Shown piece by piece: positions 29,483 to 40,173 of a stretch of 64,000 bases of DNA (position 1 is its first letter; each line of letters opens with the position of its first letter). A model generated the notes under the pieces. The model saw only the letters and a list, made by a program, of their open reading frames with translations. It was not told the DNA's origin and searched no databases. The stretch lies in NCBI GenBank assembly GCA_041649175.1, contig JBAZNR010000001.1, positions 783,497 through 847,496 on the forward strand, given 5' to 3'. Origin of the DNA: Candidatus Omnitrophota bacterium. GTDB taxonomy: Bacteria > Omnitrophota > Gorgyraeia > Zapsychrales > JBAZNR01. Both the position numbers and the translations under genes were made by a program.

Positions 29483-30295
29483 ATGGAACAACCGCAAATC
29501 TTAGGTTTGATCGCCGGAAACGGCAAATTTCCTCTCCTTTTTGTCCACGAAGCGAAAAAAAGAAAAATAAAGGTCATCGCGGTCGGCATTAAAGGGGACA
29601 CTTCCTTTTTTTTGCGTTTCTTTGTCGACCAATTCCTTTTAGTCAGCGCCGGGGAACTTAAAAAGCTCTTTGATTTTCTTAAAGATCAAAATGTCAAGCA
29701 AGTGATCATGGCTGGCCAAGTTAATCCGGAAAATTTATTTGATGAAACGGTTGCCCTAGATCATGAATTTCAGAAATTGTTTTCCGCGCTTAAAGACCGC
29801 AAAGCCGACACGATCTTTTCGGCAGTTGCCGCGAAGTTAAAAGAAAATGGCATGGAACTTTTAGACTCAACATTTTTACTGGCCGAATATTTGGCGCCCA
29901 AAGGAACGCTGACTAAGCGCGCGCCGACATTGCAAGAACTAGAGGATATCAGTTTTGGAAAAGATATTGCTAAAAATATGGGGCTTTTGGATGTGGGGCA
30001 AACCGTGGCTGTGAAGGATAAAGCCATTGTTGCTATCGAGGCCATGGAGGGAACTGATCAAACGATCTTGCGCGCCGGACGTATTTCTCGACGGGGAGCG
30101 GTGATCGTTAAAATGGCTAAACCTCAACAAGATAATCGTTTTGATATTCCGGTGATCGGCCCTCGCACCATTGAATCTATGATCAAAGTAAAAGCCGGTT
30201 GTTTGGCTATCGAAGCCGGAAAGACACTCATTATTGACCGGGAAAAAACCGTTCGCTTAGCGAATGCTCACCAGATCTGCCTCGTGTCCGGATAA
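29483..30295 (+). CDS. lpxI: UDP-2,3-diacylglucosamine pyrophosphatase LpxI (DUF1009)
   Basis: The LGLIAGNGKFPL N-terminus, about 270 aa, in an lpx cluster. Confidence 0.6.
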   Translation: MEQPQILGLIAGNGKFPLLFVHEAKKRKIKVIAVGIKGDTSFFLRFFVDQFLLVSAGELKKLFDFLKDQNVKQVIMAGQVNPENLFDETVALDHEFQKLFSALKDRKADTIFSAVAAKLKENGMELLDSTFLLAEYLAPKGTLTKRAPTLQELEDISFGKDIAKNMGLLDVGQTVAVKDKAIVAIEAMEGTDQTILRAGRISRRGAVIVKMAKPQQDNRFDIPVIGPRTIESMIKVKAGCLAIEAGKTLIIDREKTVRLANAHQICLVSG

Positions 30296-30301
30296 TCCTT
30301 T

Positions 30302-30715
30302 ATGAAACAGTATATTTACAAAACAGCTATTCAGTGGTCGGCCGAAAAAAAAGGAATTGCCTCGGTTCCCGGCAAGCCAGATCTAGAAATAGCCGCGCCG
30401 CCGGAATTTAAAGGGCATCCCGGCATTTGGTCACCGGAAGATCTTTTGGTGGCGGCGGTCAATAGCTGTTTTATGTTGACATTCCTTCATTTTGCGCCGC
30501 GCGAAGGTTTTAAAATTACCAGTTATGAGGCGCAAGCCGAAGGCGTTTTAGAAATCAAAGATGGCATTATGATGGTTTCTTCGGTTAAGATCATGCCCAA
30601 AATATCGCTGCAACCTGCCGCGAGCAGTGAGCAAATTCACAAGCTTTGCGCACTTTCAAAAGAAAACTGCTTTATCTCGAATTCCGTAAGATCAAAAATA
30701 GAAGTTATCTTATAA
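30302..30715 (+). CDS. OsmC/Ohr family peroxiredoxin-like protein
   Basis: 137 aa with an OsmC fold pattern, including the conserved Cys in AAVNSCFMLTF. Confidence 0.65.
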   Translation: MKQYIYKTAIQWSAEKKGIASVPGKPDLEIAAPPEFKGHPGIWSPEDLLVAAVNSCFMLTFLHFAPREGFKITSYEAQAEGVLEIKDGIMMVSSVKIMPKISLQPAASSEQIHKLCALSKENCFISNSVRSKIEVIL

Positions 30716-30763
30716 CTTTAATGAGAGCAATAAGTTACGGATAATTTCCTTCCTAGTCTTTAA

Positions 30764-30792
30764 TTGACACTCCCATAGTTTTTCTATATAAT
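30764..30792 (+). promoter_or_regulatory. consensus sigma70 promoter (TTGACA-17-TATAAT) for lysS
   Basis: Exact hexamers, with the -10 box ending 70 nt upstream of the lysS TTG start (30862). Confidence 0.6.
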
Positions 30793-30861
30793 ACCACTAA
30801 TATTTATATTAGTTTATGGCGCAAAATAGCGAGTTTTTGTGCCCATTTCAAGGAGAATATT

Positions 30862-32310
30862 TTGGAACCGCATGAAACTAAAAGTGTTCGATTAGGAAAA
30901 CTAAGTGACCTCAAAGCCAAAGGTATTACAAATCCTTATGGCGGTAAATTTGATCATACCGATTCTATCGCCGTGATCTTAAGTCAATTTCTCGACGGGA
31001 AAGTCGTTTCTGTCGCCGGCCGTATCGTGGCTAACCGTAAACACGGTAAGGTTTTCTTTGTCGACCTTCAAGATCAATCCGGGAAAATCCAGCTTTATAT
31101 AAAAGCTGATCACGCGGGTGAAAAGACACTGGATATTGTCCATGACCTTGACATCGGCGACATTATCGGCGTTAAGGGCGAACTTTTTAAAACACATATG
31201 GGCCAAGAAAGTATCCGCGTTAAAGAATTGACCGTTCTTTCAAAATCTTTGATGACTTTACCGGAAAAATGGCACGGCTTAAAAGACGTGGAGATCCGCT
31301 ACCGTCAACGCTATGTCGACCTGATCGCTAATCCGGAAGTGCGCCAGCTTTTTATCAAGCGCACAAAAATTGTTTCGGCGATCCGTGCTTTCTTAGATGC
31401 AAAAGGTTTTTTAGAAGTGGAAACACCGATGCTGCAACCCATTGCCGGCGGCGCGCGCGGTAAACCGTTTAAAAGTGTTCACAATGCTTACGATATGGAA
31501 GTTTTTTTACGTATTGCGCCTGAGCTTTATTTAAAACGCCTTTTGGTCGGCGGTTTGGAAAAAGTGTATGAAATGAACCGCAACTTTCGCAATGAAGGCA
31601 TTTCTACTCGTCATAACCCTGAGTTTACCATGATGGAAGTCTATCAGGCTTACGCCGATTATGAAGATATGATGAAACTCACTGAAGAATTGATCTGTGA
31701 GTTGGTGAACAAGCTTAACGGTTCTTACAAAATGAATTATCAAGGCAAAGAAATTGACTTTACGCCGCCGTGGCAGCGACGGTCATTCGCCAAAACCATC
31801 AAAGAAAAGTTTGACATTGATTCTACCGATGACGCGGCAACGATGCTCAAGAAAGTTAAAGCGAAGAAAAATGTCGCCCTTACGGATAAATTAACGCGTT
31901 CGGCGGTGATGAAAATTGTCGAGGAACTCTTAGAAGAAGATGCGACGGTTAATCCGATCTTTTTTGTCGATTACTTTACGTTCCTTTCGCCTTTGGCAAA
32001 AACAAAAAAAGATGACCCGTCTATTGCCGAGCGTTTTGAGCTTTTTATCGGCGGAATGGAAGTCGGCAATGCCTATTCCGAGCTTAATGATCCCGAAGAG
32101 CAAAGAAAACGCCTTTTGGATGACTTGGCTGATGATGTGGAAACGGGCAACCGCGCCATTGACGAAGATTTTGTCCACGCGCTCGAATATGGGATGCCGC
32201 CCGCCGGAGGATTAGGGATCGGCATTGACCGATTGGTGATGCTGTTAACAGACGCTGCGTCTATCCGTGATGTTATCTTATTTCCTTTATTGAAACCGGC
32301 ACAAAAATAA
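30862..32310 (+). CDS. lysS: lysyl-tRNA synthetase (class II)
   Basis: An anticodon-binding OB N-terminus and class II motifs (FRNEG, GGLGIGIDRLVMLL). TTG start after AAGGAGA. Confidence 0.9.
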   Translation: MEPHETKSVRLGKLSDLKAKGITNPYGGKFDHTDSIAVILSQFLDGKVVSVAGRIVANRKHGKVFFVDLQDQSGKIQLYIKADHAGEKTLDIVHDLDIGDIIGVKGELFKTHMGQESIRVKELTVLSKSLMTLPEKWHGLKDVEIRYRQRYVDLIANPEVRQLFIKRTKIVSAIRAFLDAKGFLEVETPMLQPIAGGARGKPFKSVHNAYDMEVFLRIAPELYLKRLLVGGLEKVYEMNRNFRNEGISTRHNPEFTMMEVYQAYADYEDMMKLTEELICELVNKLNGSYKMNYQGKEIDFTPPWQRRSFAKTIKEKFDIDSTDDAATMLKKVKAKKNVALTDKLTRSAVMKIVEELLEEDATVNPIFFVDYFTFLSPLAKTKKDDPSIAERFELFIGGMEVGNAYSELNDPEEQRKRLLDDLADDVETGNRAIDEDFVHALEYGMPPAGGLGIGIDRLVMLLTDAASIRDVILFPLLKPAQK

Positions 32311-32317
32311 CTCCTCT

Positions 32318-33517
32318 ATGCAGTACGAAAATTGGATCAGCTTTCGGTATTTGTCGGCGAAAAAGGCCGGATTTTTGTCGGCCATTAATCTTATTTCCAT
32401 TATCGGAATTGCCATTGGCGTGATGGCTCTTATTGTGGTGATCGGCGTTATGACCGGTTTTGATACTGATCTGCGTAATAAGATCATCGGTACCAACGCG
32501 CACATTGTGATCGAAAAAGAAAGTGGAATTCGCAGTTTTGAAGCGGTTCGTGAAAAAATAAAAGATGTTCCCGGAATTACCGCAACCACCGCCTATATCC
32601 ACGGCAGTATTTTTCTGGAATCCGATGGCCGAGCGATGGGCTTAGGGATTCGCGGGGTTAATCCGGCCAGCGAGAAAAATGTCACCAAGATCAGTCAATA
32701 TTTGGTAAAGGGAAAAATTGAAGATTTAACTGGCGATGGCGTTATCGTCGGAAGCGAATTAGCGGATTATTTTGGATTTACGTTAGGCGATACGATCACG
32801 CTCATTGCGCCGGCATCGGGCATTTCCGGCCAATCATGGCGTTATAAACTTAGCATCGTGGGCATTTTTACGTCGGGGATGTATGACTACGATATGAACT
32901 TGATTTTAGTGAATTTGAAAAAAGCCCAAGAGATCTTCAATTTACCCGCGGATACGGCGACCGGAATTGCTGTTAATGTCAGCAATGTTTACCGCGTCGG
33001 TGAGGCAAAAGAATCCATTCATGAGATCCTCGGATATGGATTTTTAGTGCGAACTTGGGTTGAAGCGAACCGAAATTTCTTTGCCGCGCTTCGTTTAGAA
33101 AAATTAGCGATGTTCATTATCCTGGCGCTCATTGTTTTGGTAGCTTCCTTTAATATTTTCAGCACGCTGATGGTGACGGTTAAAAGCAAGGTGAAAGACA
33201 TCGGTATTTTAAAATCGATCGGTGTCCCGAAAAATGCCATTAGAAGGATCTTTACTTTAACCGGGATTTCTATCGGTATCATCGGAACTTTTTGGGGGAC
33301 TGTATGCGGGGTCACGGCGTGCATCGTTTTAAAGAAATATCAATTCATTAAATTGCCTCAAGAGATTTATTATATTGACCGGTTACCGGTTATTTTACAG
33401 CTTAGCGACATTTTGATCATTATAACATCGGCAATTCTTATCAGTTATTTGGCAACGGTTTATCCGGCTCATCAGGCGGCGAATTTAGAGCCGGTTGAGG
33501 CCTTGAGGTACGAATAA
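32318..33517 (+). CDS. lipoprotein-releasing system permease LolC/LolE family
   Basis: FtsX-like 4-TM permease with a MacB-like periplasmic domain, adjacent to lolD. Confidence 0.75.
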   Translation: MQYENWISFRYLSAKKAGFLSAINLISIIGIAIGVMALIVVIGVMTGFDTDLRNKIIGTNAHIVIEKESGIRSFEAVREKIKDVPGITATTAYIHGSIFLESDGRAMGLGIRGVNPASEKNVTKISQYLVKGKIEDLTGDGVIVGSELADYFGFTLGDTITLIAPASGISGQSWRYKLSIVGIFTSGMYDYDMNLILVNLKKAQEIFNLPADTATGIAVNVSNVYRVGEAKESIHEILGYGFLVRTWVEANRNFFAALRLEKLAMFIILALIVLVASFNIFSTLMVTVKSKVKDIGILKSIGVPKNAIRRIFTLTGISIGIIGTFWGTVCGVTACIVLKKYQFIKLPQEIYYIDRLPVILQLSDILIIITSAILISYLATVYPAHQAANLEPVEALRYE

Positions 33518-34188
33518 TGTTGGAAGCCACAGGCCTTCATAAAACCTATGATCATTTAAGCGCTCCGTTACATGTTTTAAAAGGAGTTGATTTCAAAATT
33601 AATCGCGGTGAAACCGTTGCGGTGGTCGGGCCTTCAGGGGCGGGCAAATCAACACTGCTTCATATTTTAGGAGGACTAGACCGTCCGAGTGAAGGAAAAG
33701 TTCTTTTTGAAGGCCGGGAAATTTATAGCTTAAGCGATCGGCAGCGCGCGGATATTAGAAACAACCAAGCCGGATTTGTTTTTCAATTCTATCATCTATT
33801 GCCGGAATTTACGGCGTTAGAAAATGTGATTTTACCGGCTCTGATCAAAAACGATATGCGCCAAAAAAAAGAGGCGCAACAAAAAGGATTAGAGCTTTTG
33901 GAAAAAGTTGGGCTAGGCAAAAGAGTTTCACACCGGCCTAATGAGCTTTCCGGCGGAGAGCAGCAAAGGGTCGCCATTGCGCGGGCTTTAATGAATGACC
34001 CAAAAATTATTTTTTGCGATGAACCGACCGGAAACCTGGATTCACAAAGCGGGCAGGAAGTCGTCGATCTTTTGTTGAAGCTCAATAAAGAAAACCAGCA
34101 GGCCTTGATCATCGTAACGCATGACGAAGCGATCGCGAAACGTACACAGAAAATTTTACATATTCGGGACGGAAAGATTTTAAGTTAA
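33517..34188 (+). CDS. lolD: lipoprotein-releasing system ATP-binding protein LolD
   Basis: Walker A GPSGAGKST, the ABC signature LSGGEQQRVAIARAL, and Walker B. Confidence 0.8.
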   Translation: MLEATGLHKTYDHLSAPLHVLKGVDFKINRGETVAVVGPSGAGKSTLLHILGGLDRPSEGKVLFEGREIYSLSDRQRADIRNNQAGFVFQFYHLLPEFTALENVILPALIKNDMRQKKEAQQKGLELLEKVGLGKRVSHRPNELSGGEQQRVAIARALMNDPKIIFCDEPTGNLDSQSGQEVVDLLLKLNKENQQALIIVTHDEAIAKRTQKILHIRDGKILS

Positions 34189-34216
34189 ATGGTAAGCTCA
34201 TCAAAGGAGAAGTAAT

Positions 34217-35080
34217 ATGAAAATATATCTTAATGGAAAATTTGTGGAAAAAAGTGAAGCCAAGATCTCCGTGTTCGACCACGGATTTCTGTATGGCGAC
34301 GGAGCCTTTGAGGGAATTCGTTCTTACGGCGGATTAGTGTTTCGCTTAAAAGACCACATTACTCGTCTTTATGAAACAGCGCATACCATGATGCTAAAGA
34401 TCCCCTTGACCAAAGAACAGATGATCAAGGCGATCACTGGAACACTTAAGGCCAACGGCCTTAAAGATGCGTATATCCGCGTGGTGGTGAGCCGAGGCGA
34501 AGGCGATCTTGGCCTGGATCCAAGAAAATGCAAGGGACTGCCTAATATCGTGATCATCGCTGATAAGATCACTCTTTATCCTCAGGAGCTTTATCAAAGA
34601 GGAATGGAGATCATTACAGTTCCGACGGTGCGCAATCTTCCGGAAGCGCTTAACCCGCAGCTAAAATCGCTCAATTATCTTAATAACATCATGGCAAAAA
34701 TTGAGGCGACCAATTGCGGATACAATGAAGCCATTATGTTGGACGCGCAAGGATTTGTGGCGGAATGCACGGGTGATAATATTTTTATCGTCAAAGAAGG
34801 ACGGCTTTTAACACCGTGGCAGGGACGTTTAAAAGGGATCACCCGCCAAGTGGTGTTGGATCTGGCCGCCAAAAATAATGTCAAAACAAAAGAATGCGCG
34901 ATCACTCGCCACGAAGTGTTTACGGCGGATGAGTGTTTCTTGACCGGAACAGCCGCCGAGATCATTCCGGTGGTCAAAGTGGACGGACGGACCATTGGCA
35001 GCGGCAAACCGGGTGCGGTGACATTAAAATTGATCAAACTTTTTCATGCGTTAACTAAAACAGATGGTGTGAAGTATTAA
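34217..35080 (+). CDS. class IV PLP aminotransferase (branched-chain amino acid / D-amino acid aminotransferase)
   Basis: A fold-type IV pattern (EGIRSY..., catalytic Lys region), 287 aa. Confidence 0.75.
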   Translation: MKIYLNGKFVEKSEAKISVFDHGFLYGDGAFEGIRSYGGLVFRLKDHITRLYETAHTMMLKIPLTKEQMIKAITGTLKANGLKDAYIRVVVSRGEGDLGLDPRKCKGLPNIVIIADKITLYPQELYQRGMEIITVPTVRNLPEALNPQLKSLNYLNNIMAKIEATNCGYNEAIMLDAQGFVAECTGDNIFIVKEGRLLTPWQGRLKGITRQVVLDLAAKNNVKTKECAITRHEVFTADECFLTGTAAEIIPVVKVDGRTIGSGKPGAVTLKLIKLFHALTKTDGVKY

Positions 35081-35169
35081 TAAATTGTGACTTGTGATTT
35101 GGAACATGTTGCCCGGGTTGCACGTTACAAGTTACATGCCGCAAAACTTTCTGAAAATGAGGAATAATT

Positions 35170-35685
35170 ATGCAATGTGATATTTGCGCAAAGAAAAAAG
35201 CCACTGTTCATTTAACGGAAATTGTTGATGAACAAATGTCGGAGTTGCATCTGTGTGAAGACTGCGCGCGTGAAAAAAGTGTTCAGATGGAACAACAGTT
35301 TGGGCTCGCTGACCTTTTAGCCGGCCTGTCGGATTTTAGCGGCAATCAACCGACAAAAGATTCTGCCGAGAAAGTAAAAGTCAAATGCGCTAACTGCGGT
35401 TTAAGCTATGATGATTTTCGAAAAATGGGGCGTTTAGGTTGCAGCGATTGTTATGTGTCATTTCGTGAATATTTAGGCGCGCTTTTAAAAAAGATCCACG
35501 GAGCCGCGCAGCATCGGGGAAAAATCCCGGCCAGGGCGCTGTCGGGCGTTAAAACAAAAACGCTTAACTTGAAAGAATTAAAAGATCAACTGCAGCTGGC
35601 TATTCAAAATGAGAATTTTGAAGAGGCGGCCTATTTGCGCGATAAGATCCGTGAGTTTGAGAAAAAAGGAAATCAAGACAAATGA
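35170..35685 (+). CDS. mcsA: McsA-like protein arginine kinase activator (Cys4 zinc fingers + UvrB/UvrC motif)
   Basis: CDICAKK...CEDCA and CANCG...CSDC pairs, and a C-terminal UVR motif (EEAAYLRDKIREFE). Confidence 0.65.
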   Translation: MQCDICAKKKATVHLTEIVDEQMSELHLCEDCAREKSVQMEQQFGLADLLAGLSDFSGNQPTKDSAEKVKVKCANCGLSYDDFRKMGRLGCSDCYVSFREYLGALLKKIHGAAQHRGKIPARALSGVKTKTLNLKELKDQLQLAIQNENFEEAAYLRDKIREFEKKGNQDK

Positions 35686-36734
35686 AACTAGATAATCTCA
35701 TCCATCATACCGGCGAGTGGCTTAAAGGCACGGGTCCGCACGCCAACATTGTGATGTCTTCGCGTATTCGTTTGGCGCGTAATTTAAGTAAGCTTTCCTT
35801 TCCCAACAAGGCGAGCAAAAAAACATTGACCGATGTTGTTGATTCGGTCCAAGGGGCTATCGGAGAAATCGACCTGTTCAAAGCCTCCAGTGTTTTTAAG
35901 ATCAACGAATTGGATAATGTGGATAAACAATTTTTGATCGAACGGCATTTGATGAGCCATGAACACGCGGCTCAAGGTGAAGGCAAAGCGCTTATTATTT
36001 CTAAAGAAGAAGTTTTGTCGGTCATGGTCAATGAAGAAGATCATCTGCGTATTCAGGTTTTACAATCCGGATTTAATCTTTTTGAAACGTGGAAGATCAT
36101 TGACGCCATTGATAGCGCTTTATCGGCAAAATTAGAATTTGCCTTTTTACCGGATTGGGGATATTTAACAGCGTGTCCGACAAATACCGGAACCGGGATG
36201 AGGGGTTCTGTCATGCTCCATTTGCCGGCGTTAGTGATGACAAAGCAAATTAATAAAGTCTTGGCGGCTATTTCAAAGTTGAGTTTTACGTCGCGCGGAT
36301 TTTACGGAGAAGGGACGCAGGCCAGCGGAAATTTCTTTCAGATCTCAAATCAGGTGTCGCTGGGCCATAGCGAAGATGAAATTATCCAAAATATTAACGG
36401 ACTTATTCGGCAGGTCATTGAGCAAGAAGAGCAGGCACGTCAGGCGCTTTTAGTCCAAAACCGGCCGATGCTGGAAGATAAAATTTGCCGTTCGTTCGGG
36501 ATTTTACGAAACGCGCATATTATTTCCAGTCAAGAAACGGCAGAGCTATTATCGATGGTCAGGTTAGGGATCGACGTCGGGATCATTAAAGATGTGGATC
36601 GGGTTTCTATCAATGAATTATTCTTGATGATCCAGCCGGCGCATTTACAAAAGATCGAAGGGAAAAAATTAACCACACCCGAACGGGATGTGAAAAGAGC
36701 TCATCTTATTCGAAGTAAATTAGGAGGGAAATAG
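35682..36734 (+). CDS. mcsB: protein arginine kinase McsB (ATP:guanido phosphotransferase family)
   Basis: The phosphagen-kinase motif [10 protein letters not shown], overlapping mcsA. Confidence 0.85.
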   Translation: MKLDNLIHHTGEWLKGTGPHANIVMSSRIRLARNLSKLSFPNKASKKTLTDVVDSVQGAIGEIDLFKASSVFKINELDNVDKQFLIERHLMSHEHAAQGEGKALIISKEEVLSVMVNEEDHLRIQVLQSGFNLFETWKIIDAIDSALSAKLEFAFLPDWGYLTACPTNTGTGMRGSVMLHLPALVMTKQINKVLAAISKLSFTSRGFYGEGTQASGNFFQISNQVSLGHSEDEIIQNINGLIRQVIEQEEQARQALLVQNRPMLEDKICRSFGILRNAHIISSQETAELLSMVRLGIDVGIIKDVDRVSINELFLMIQPAHLQKIEGKKLTTPERDVKRAHLIRSKLGGK

Positions 36735-36736
36735 AA

Positions 36737-39154
36737 ATGTTCAATCGTTTTACGGAAAGAGCACGCAAGGTTATTGTTTTCGCCAAAGAAGAAGCTAGGC
36801 GTTTTAATCACGATTATATCGGCACCGAACATATTTTGTTAGGCCTTATTCGCGAAGGCGAAGGGGTGGCAGCCGCTGTTTTACAAAAATTGGGGCTTGA
36901 CCTTGAAACCATTCGCATTGAAGTTGAAAAATTAGTTCAACCCGGTCCGCAAACGCAGGTGTTGGGCGATATTCCGTTTACGCCGCGTTCTAAAAAAGCT
37001 TTGGAGCTTTCGGCGGAAGAAGCGCGCGCTTTAGGCCATAACTACATCGGCACCGAACATCTTTTGTTAGGCTTGATCAAAGAAGGCGAAGGTATGGCCT
37101 ATCGGGTTTTGCTTAATTTGGGATTAGACCTAGGAAAAGTGCGCAATGAAGTTATGTCGCTATTGGGTTCTGGAATTCCGGGTTTTAACGCGCAAGAACC
37201 CGTGCGCGGTGGCAAAACACCGGCTATTGACGCTTATGGGCGTAATTTAAATAAATTAGCCAAAGACGGCAAACTTGATCCTGTGATCGGACGGCAAAAT
37301 GAGATCGAGCGCATTGTTCAGATCTTAAGCCGGCGCACAAAAAATAATCCGGTTTTACTCGGTGAAGCAGGTGTTGGAAAAACAGCTATTGTAGAAGGTC
37401 TGGCGCAGTTGATCGTACATGGCGATGTTCCGGAGCTTTTGCGCGATAAGAATATCATTGTCCTAGACCTGGCTTTAATGATCGCCGGAACAAAATACCG
37501 CGGCCAATTTGAAGAACGCATCAAAGCCATTATGGATGAAATTAAACGGTCAGGAAAGATCATTCTTTTTGTCGATGAGCTGCATACGCTCGTTGGCGCC
37601 GGCGCGGCCGAGGGTGCTATTGACGCGGCTAATATTTTAAAGCCGGCTTTAGCGCGCGGAGAGATCCAGTGCATTGGCGCTACAACGTTAGATGAATATC
37701 GTAAACACATCGAAAAAGACGCGGCTTTAGAGCGCCGTTTTCAAACCATTGTTGTTGAGCCTCCGTCGGTAGATGAAACGATCCAGATCTTAAAAGGACT
37801 TCGCGACAGATATGAGGCACATCATCGAGTTAAATTTTCCGATGAAGCCTTAGAGGCGGCGGCTAAATTATCAGATCGTTATATATCGGGGAGGTTTTTA
37901 CCGGATAAAGCGGTGGATATTTTAGACGAGGCCGGATCAAGGTCGCGTTTACAGGCGATGGTTGTTCCGCAGGATGTTAAAGATTTAGAAGGCAAGATCG
38001 AACAGCTCAAAGAAGAGAAAGAATCCTACATTAAATCTCAGGATTTTGAACGGGCGGCTAAGATGCGCGATCAGGAACGGGAAGCTCGGGAACAATTAGA
38101 GCGGGTGCGCAATGAATGGAACCAAAAACGTGATGTGATCATTCCAACGCTTGGCGAAGAAGATATCGCGAAAGTTGTTTCGCAATGGACGAAAATTCCG
38201 CTCTTTCGCTTGGAGCAAAAAGACAGCGAAAAACTTCTGAAAATGGAAGAGCGCATACGCAATGCGGTTATCGGCCAGGAAGAGGCTATCAGCGCTATCG
38301 CCCGATCTGTCCGTCGGTCACGGGCGGGAATAAAAAATCCCCGACGGCCTATCGGCTCTTTTATTTTCTTAGGGCCCACTGGTGTCGGTAAAACTCTGTT
38401 AGCGAGAGTTCTGTCGGAATTTATGTTTGGCGATGAAAATGCACTTATTCAGATCGATATGTCGGAGTATATGGATAAATTCAATGTCTCTCGTTTGATC
38501 GGAGCTCCCCCGGGATATGTTGGTTATGAAGAAGGCGGACAATTAACCGAGCGTGTGCGCCGAAGGCCGTATTCGGTCATTTTGTTGGATGAAATTGAAA
38601 AAGCCCACCCGGATGTTTTTAATCTTCTTTTGCAGGTTTTAGAAGAAGGACGTCTGACGGACAGTTTTGGACGCAAGATCGATTTTCGTAATACCATTAT
38701 TATTATGACATCGAACGTTGGCGCGGATATTTTACGCAAGCGCGGTTCTCTAGGATTTATTTCGCAAACAGAAGAGGTCAATTATCAGGAAATGAAAGAC
38801 CGTCTTTTGGAAGAAGTTAAAAAAACCTTTAAGCCGGAATTCTTGAATCGTATTGATGATACGATCGTCTTTCAGTCTCTGACAAGAGAGAATTTGATCA
38901 AGATCGTCGATCTGGAAGTCAAAGAAGTTGCCCAGCGGTTAAAGGAACAACAAATGACTTTTGATCTTTCTAAAGAGGCTTTGGAGCTTTTGATCGAGAA
39001 AGGCTTTGACCCTATTTTTGGCGCGCGGCCGCTTAAGCGCACGATCCAGCGCTTCTTAGAAGACCCGTTGGCAGAAGAAATTATCTCGGGCCGTTTTAAA
39101 GAAGGCAGCCACGTTAAAATTACGCGTCATAATGACACGTTGGCTTTTGAATAA
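36737..39154 (+). CDS. clpC: ATP-dependent Clp protease ATP-binding subunit ClpC
   Basis: Double Clp_N repeats, two AAA+ modules ([17 protein letters not shown]) and a UVR motif between them. Confidence 0.9.
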   Translation: MFNRFTERARKVIVFAKEEARRFNHDYIGTEHILLGLIREGEGVAAAVLQKLGLDLETIRIEVEKLVQPGPQTQVLGDIPFTPRSKKALELSAEEARALGHNYIGTEHLLLGLIKEGEGMAYRVLLNLGLDLGKVRNEVMSLLGSGIPGFNAQEPVRGGKTPAIDAYGRNLNKLAKDGKLDPVIGRQNEIERIVQILSRRTKNNPVLLGEAGVGKTAIVEGLAQLIVHGDVPELLRDKNIIVLDLALMIAGTKYRGQFEERIKAIMDEIKRSGKIILFVDELHTLVGAGAAEGAIDAANILKPALARGEIQCIGATTLDEYRKHIEKDAALERRFQTIVVEPPSVDETIQILKGLRDRYEAHHRVKFSDEALEAAAKLSDRYISGRFLPDKAVDILDEAGSRSRLQAMVVPQDVKDLEGKIEQLKEEKESYIKSQDFERAAKMRDQEREAREQLERVRNEWNQKRDVIIPTLGEEDIAKVVSQWTKIPLFRLEQKDSEKLLKMEERIRNAVIGQEEAISAIARSVRRSRAGIKNPRRPIGSFIFLGPTGVGKTLLARVLSEFMFGDENALIQIDMSEYMDKFNVSRLIGAPPGYVGYEEGGQLTERVRRRPYSVILLDEIEKAHPDVFNLLLQVLEEGRLTDSFGRKIDFRNTIIIMTSNVGADILRKRGSLGFISQTEEVNYQEMKDRLLEEVKKTFKPEFLNRIDDTIVFQSLTRENLIKIVDLEVKEVAQRLKEQQMTFDLSKEALELLIEKGFDPIFGARPLKRTIQRFLEDPLAEEIISGRFKEGSHVKITRHNDTLAFE

Positions 39155-39170
39155 CGGTTAAATTTAAGGT

Positions 39171-40142
39171 ATGGCTAAAAAAGGCCTCGTATTTTTCTTG
39201 TGGTTGATTTTTTTTCCGGTGTCTTTGGCCCACGGGGAGAATGTATTTAATTTTAACGGCGTTGTGGATTTTTCCGCGCGGAAAATCAATATGACGTTAA
39301 GTTTTGAGAACGGAAGTTCCATTGCGTTTGAGGGAAAATTTCTTGCGCAAGAAAACTTTGAGTTCCAAACCAAGATCAATCATTTCAAAACGCCGCTGTT
39401 CGACATTTCCACGGAATTGGGAAGTTCTTTTGAAGTTGTACGCGAGGCTTCCGGGTCTTTTATCCGCGGTGCGCTGGCTAGCCAGTATTCTCTTTTTGAT
39501 TACAAGCCCGTCGATGAGCTCTCGGGCCACTTCATCATTAAAAAAGGCCGGCTTTATTTATATTCATTATCCTGGGGCGGGATCATCTGTGATGGGTACA
39601 TTGGCTTGTTCGCTCCGTATGAGATAAGCCTGTCTTTACGTTTTTCTGACGCTCAGCTTGCGGAATTATTGATGTGGCTCGGATGTCCTGTTGAAGACCG
39701 TATTTTCGGGCAAGCGTCGGGATTTATTGAGGTTTCCGGGATGACGGATAAGCCTATTCTCAAAGGAAAGATCCTGGCCTATGACGGGTCGATCCAGGGA
39801 TTAGAGTTCGATCAACTGCAAATCAACTTTTTTGGCTCTTATCCTGTTGTGCAGTTGGACAATTCATTAATTGCACAAAGCGATGGATTAAGTTTTAACA
39901 TCAGTGGTGATTTTGATCTGTCGCGGCAATGTGATTTCGCGGGAGCGATGGCTGCTGTTAAGATCTCACCGTTAGTTGCGGAAAGCGATATTCACCGGGA
40001 GTGGACCATCAAAAAGAAGACAGAAGGAAGCTCCTCTAGTTCGACGGAATTTAAATATCGTTTACGTAAACAAAGCGAGGGGCTGGATTCTTTTGATCGG
40101 GAGGCCGATCTTCTAGGTGTGGAACGAAGTATCAAATTCTGA
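39171..40142 (+). CDS. secreted hypothetical protein (signal peptide), function unknown
   Basis: The N-terminus MAKKGLVFFLWLIFFPVSLAHG. No motif recognised. Confidence 0.5.
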   Translation: MAKKGLVFFLWLIFFPVSLAHGENVFNFNGVVDFSARKINMTLSFENGSSIAFEGKFLAQENFEFQTKINHFKTPLFDISTELGSSFEVVREASGSFIRGALASQYSLFDYKPVDELSGHFIIKKGRLYLYSLSWGGIICDGYIGLFAPYEISLSLRFSDAQLAELLMWLGCPVEDRIFGQASGFIEVSGMTDKPILKGKILAYDGSIQGLEFDQLQINFFGSYPVVQLDNSLIAQSDGLSFNISGDFDLSRQCDFAGAMAAVKISPLVAESDIHREWTIKKKTEGSSSSSTEFKYRLRKQSEGLDSFDREADLLGVERSIKF

Positions 40143-40173
40143 AGTTTCTTTAGTGAAGGATCGTTTGCTAGAA

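Noticed and set aside
30793-30861. Riboswitch or T-box leaders upstream of lysS, cysE-cysS, metG, thiL and hisG.
   Set aside because: The leaders are too short (20-95 nt) and lack specifier/T-box or L-box features. metG and thiL overlap or abut the upstream genes.
35081-35169. CtsR operator (GGTCAAA direct repeat) or CIRCE element upstream of mcsA.
   Set aside because: Neither consensus is present on either strand. Only an unrelated imperfect palindrome around CCCGGG was seen.
40117-40173. Upstream start for radA.
   Set aside because: It overlaps the preceding gene. RadA homologs begin at the zinc-ribbon Met (MKIKTLFICQNCG).
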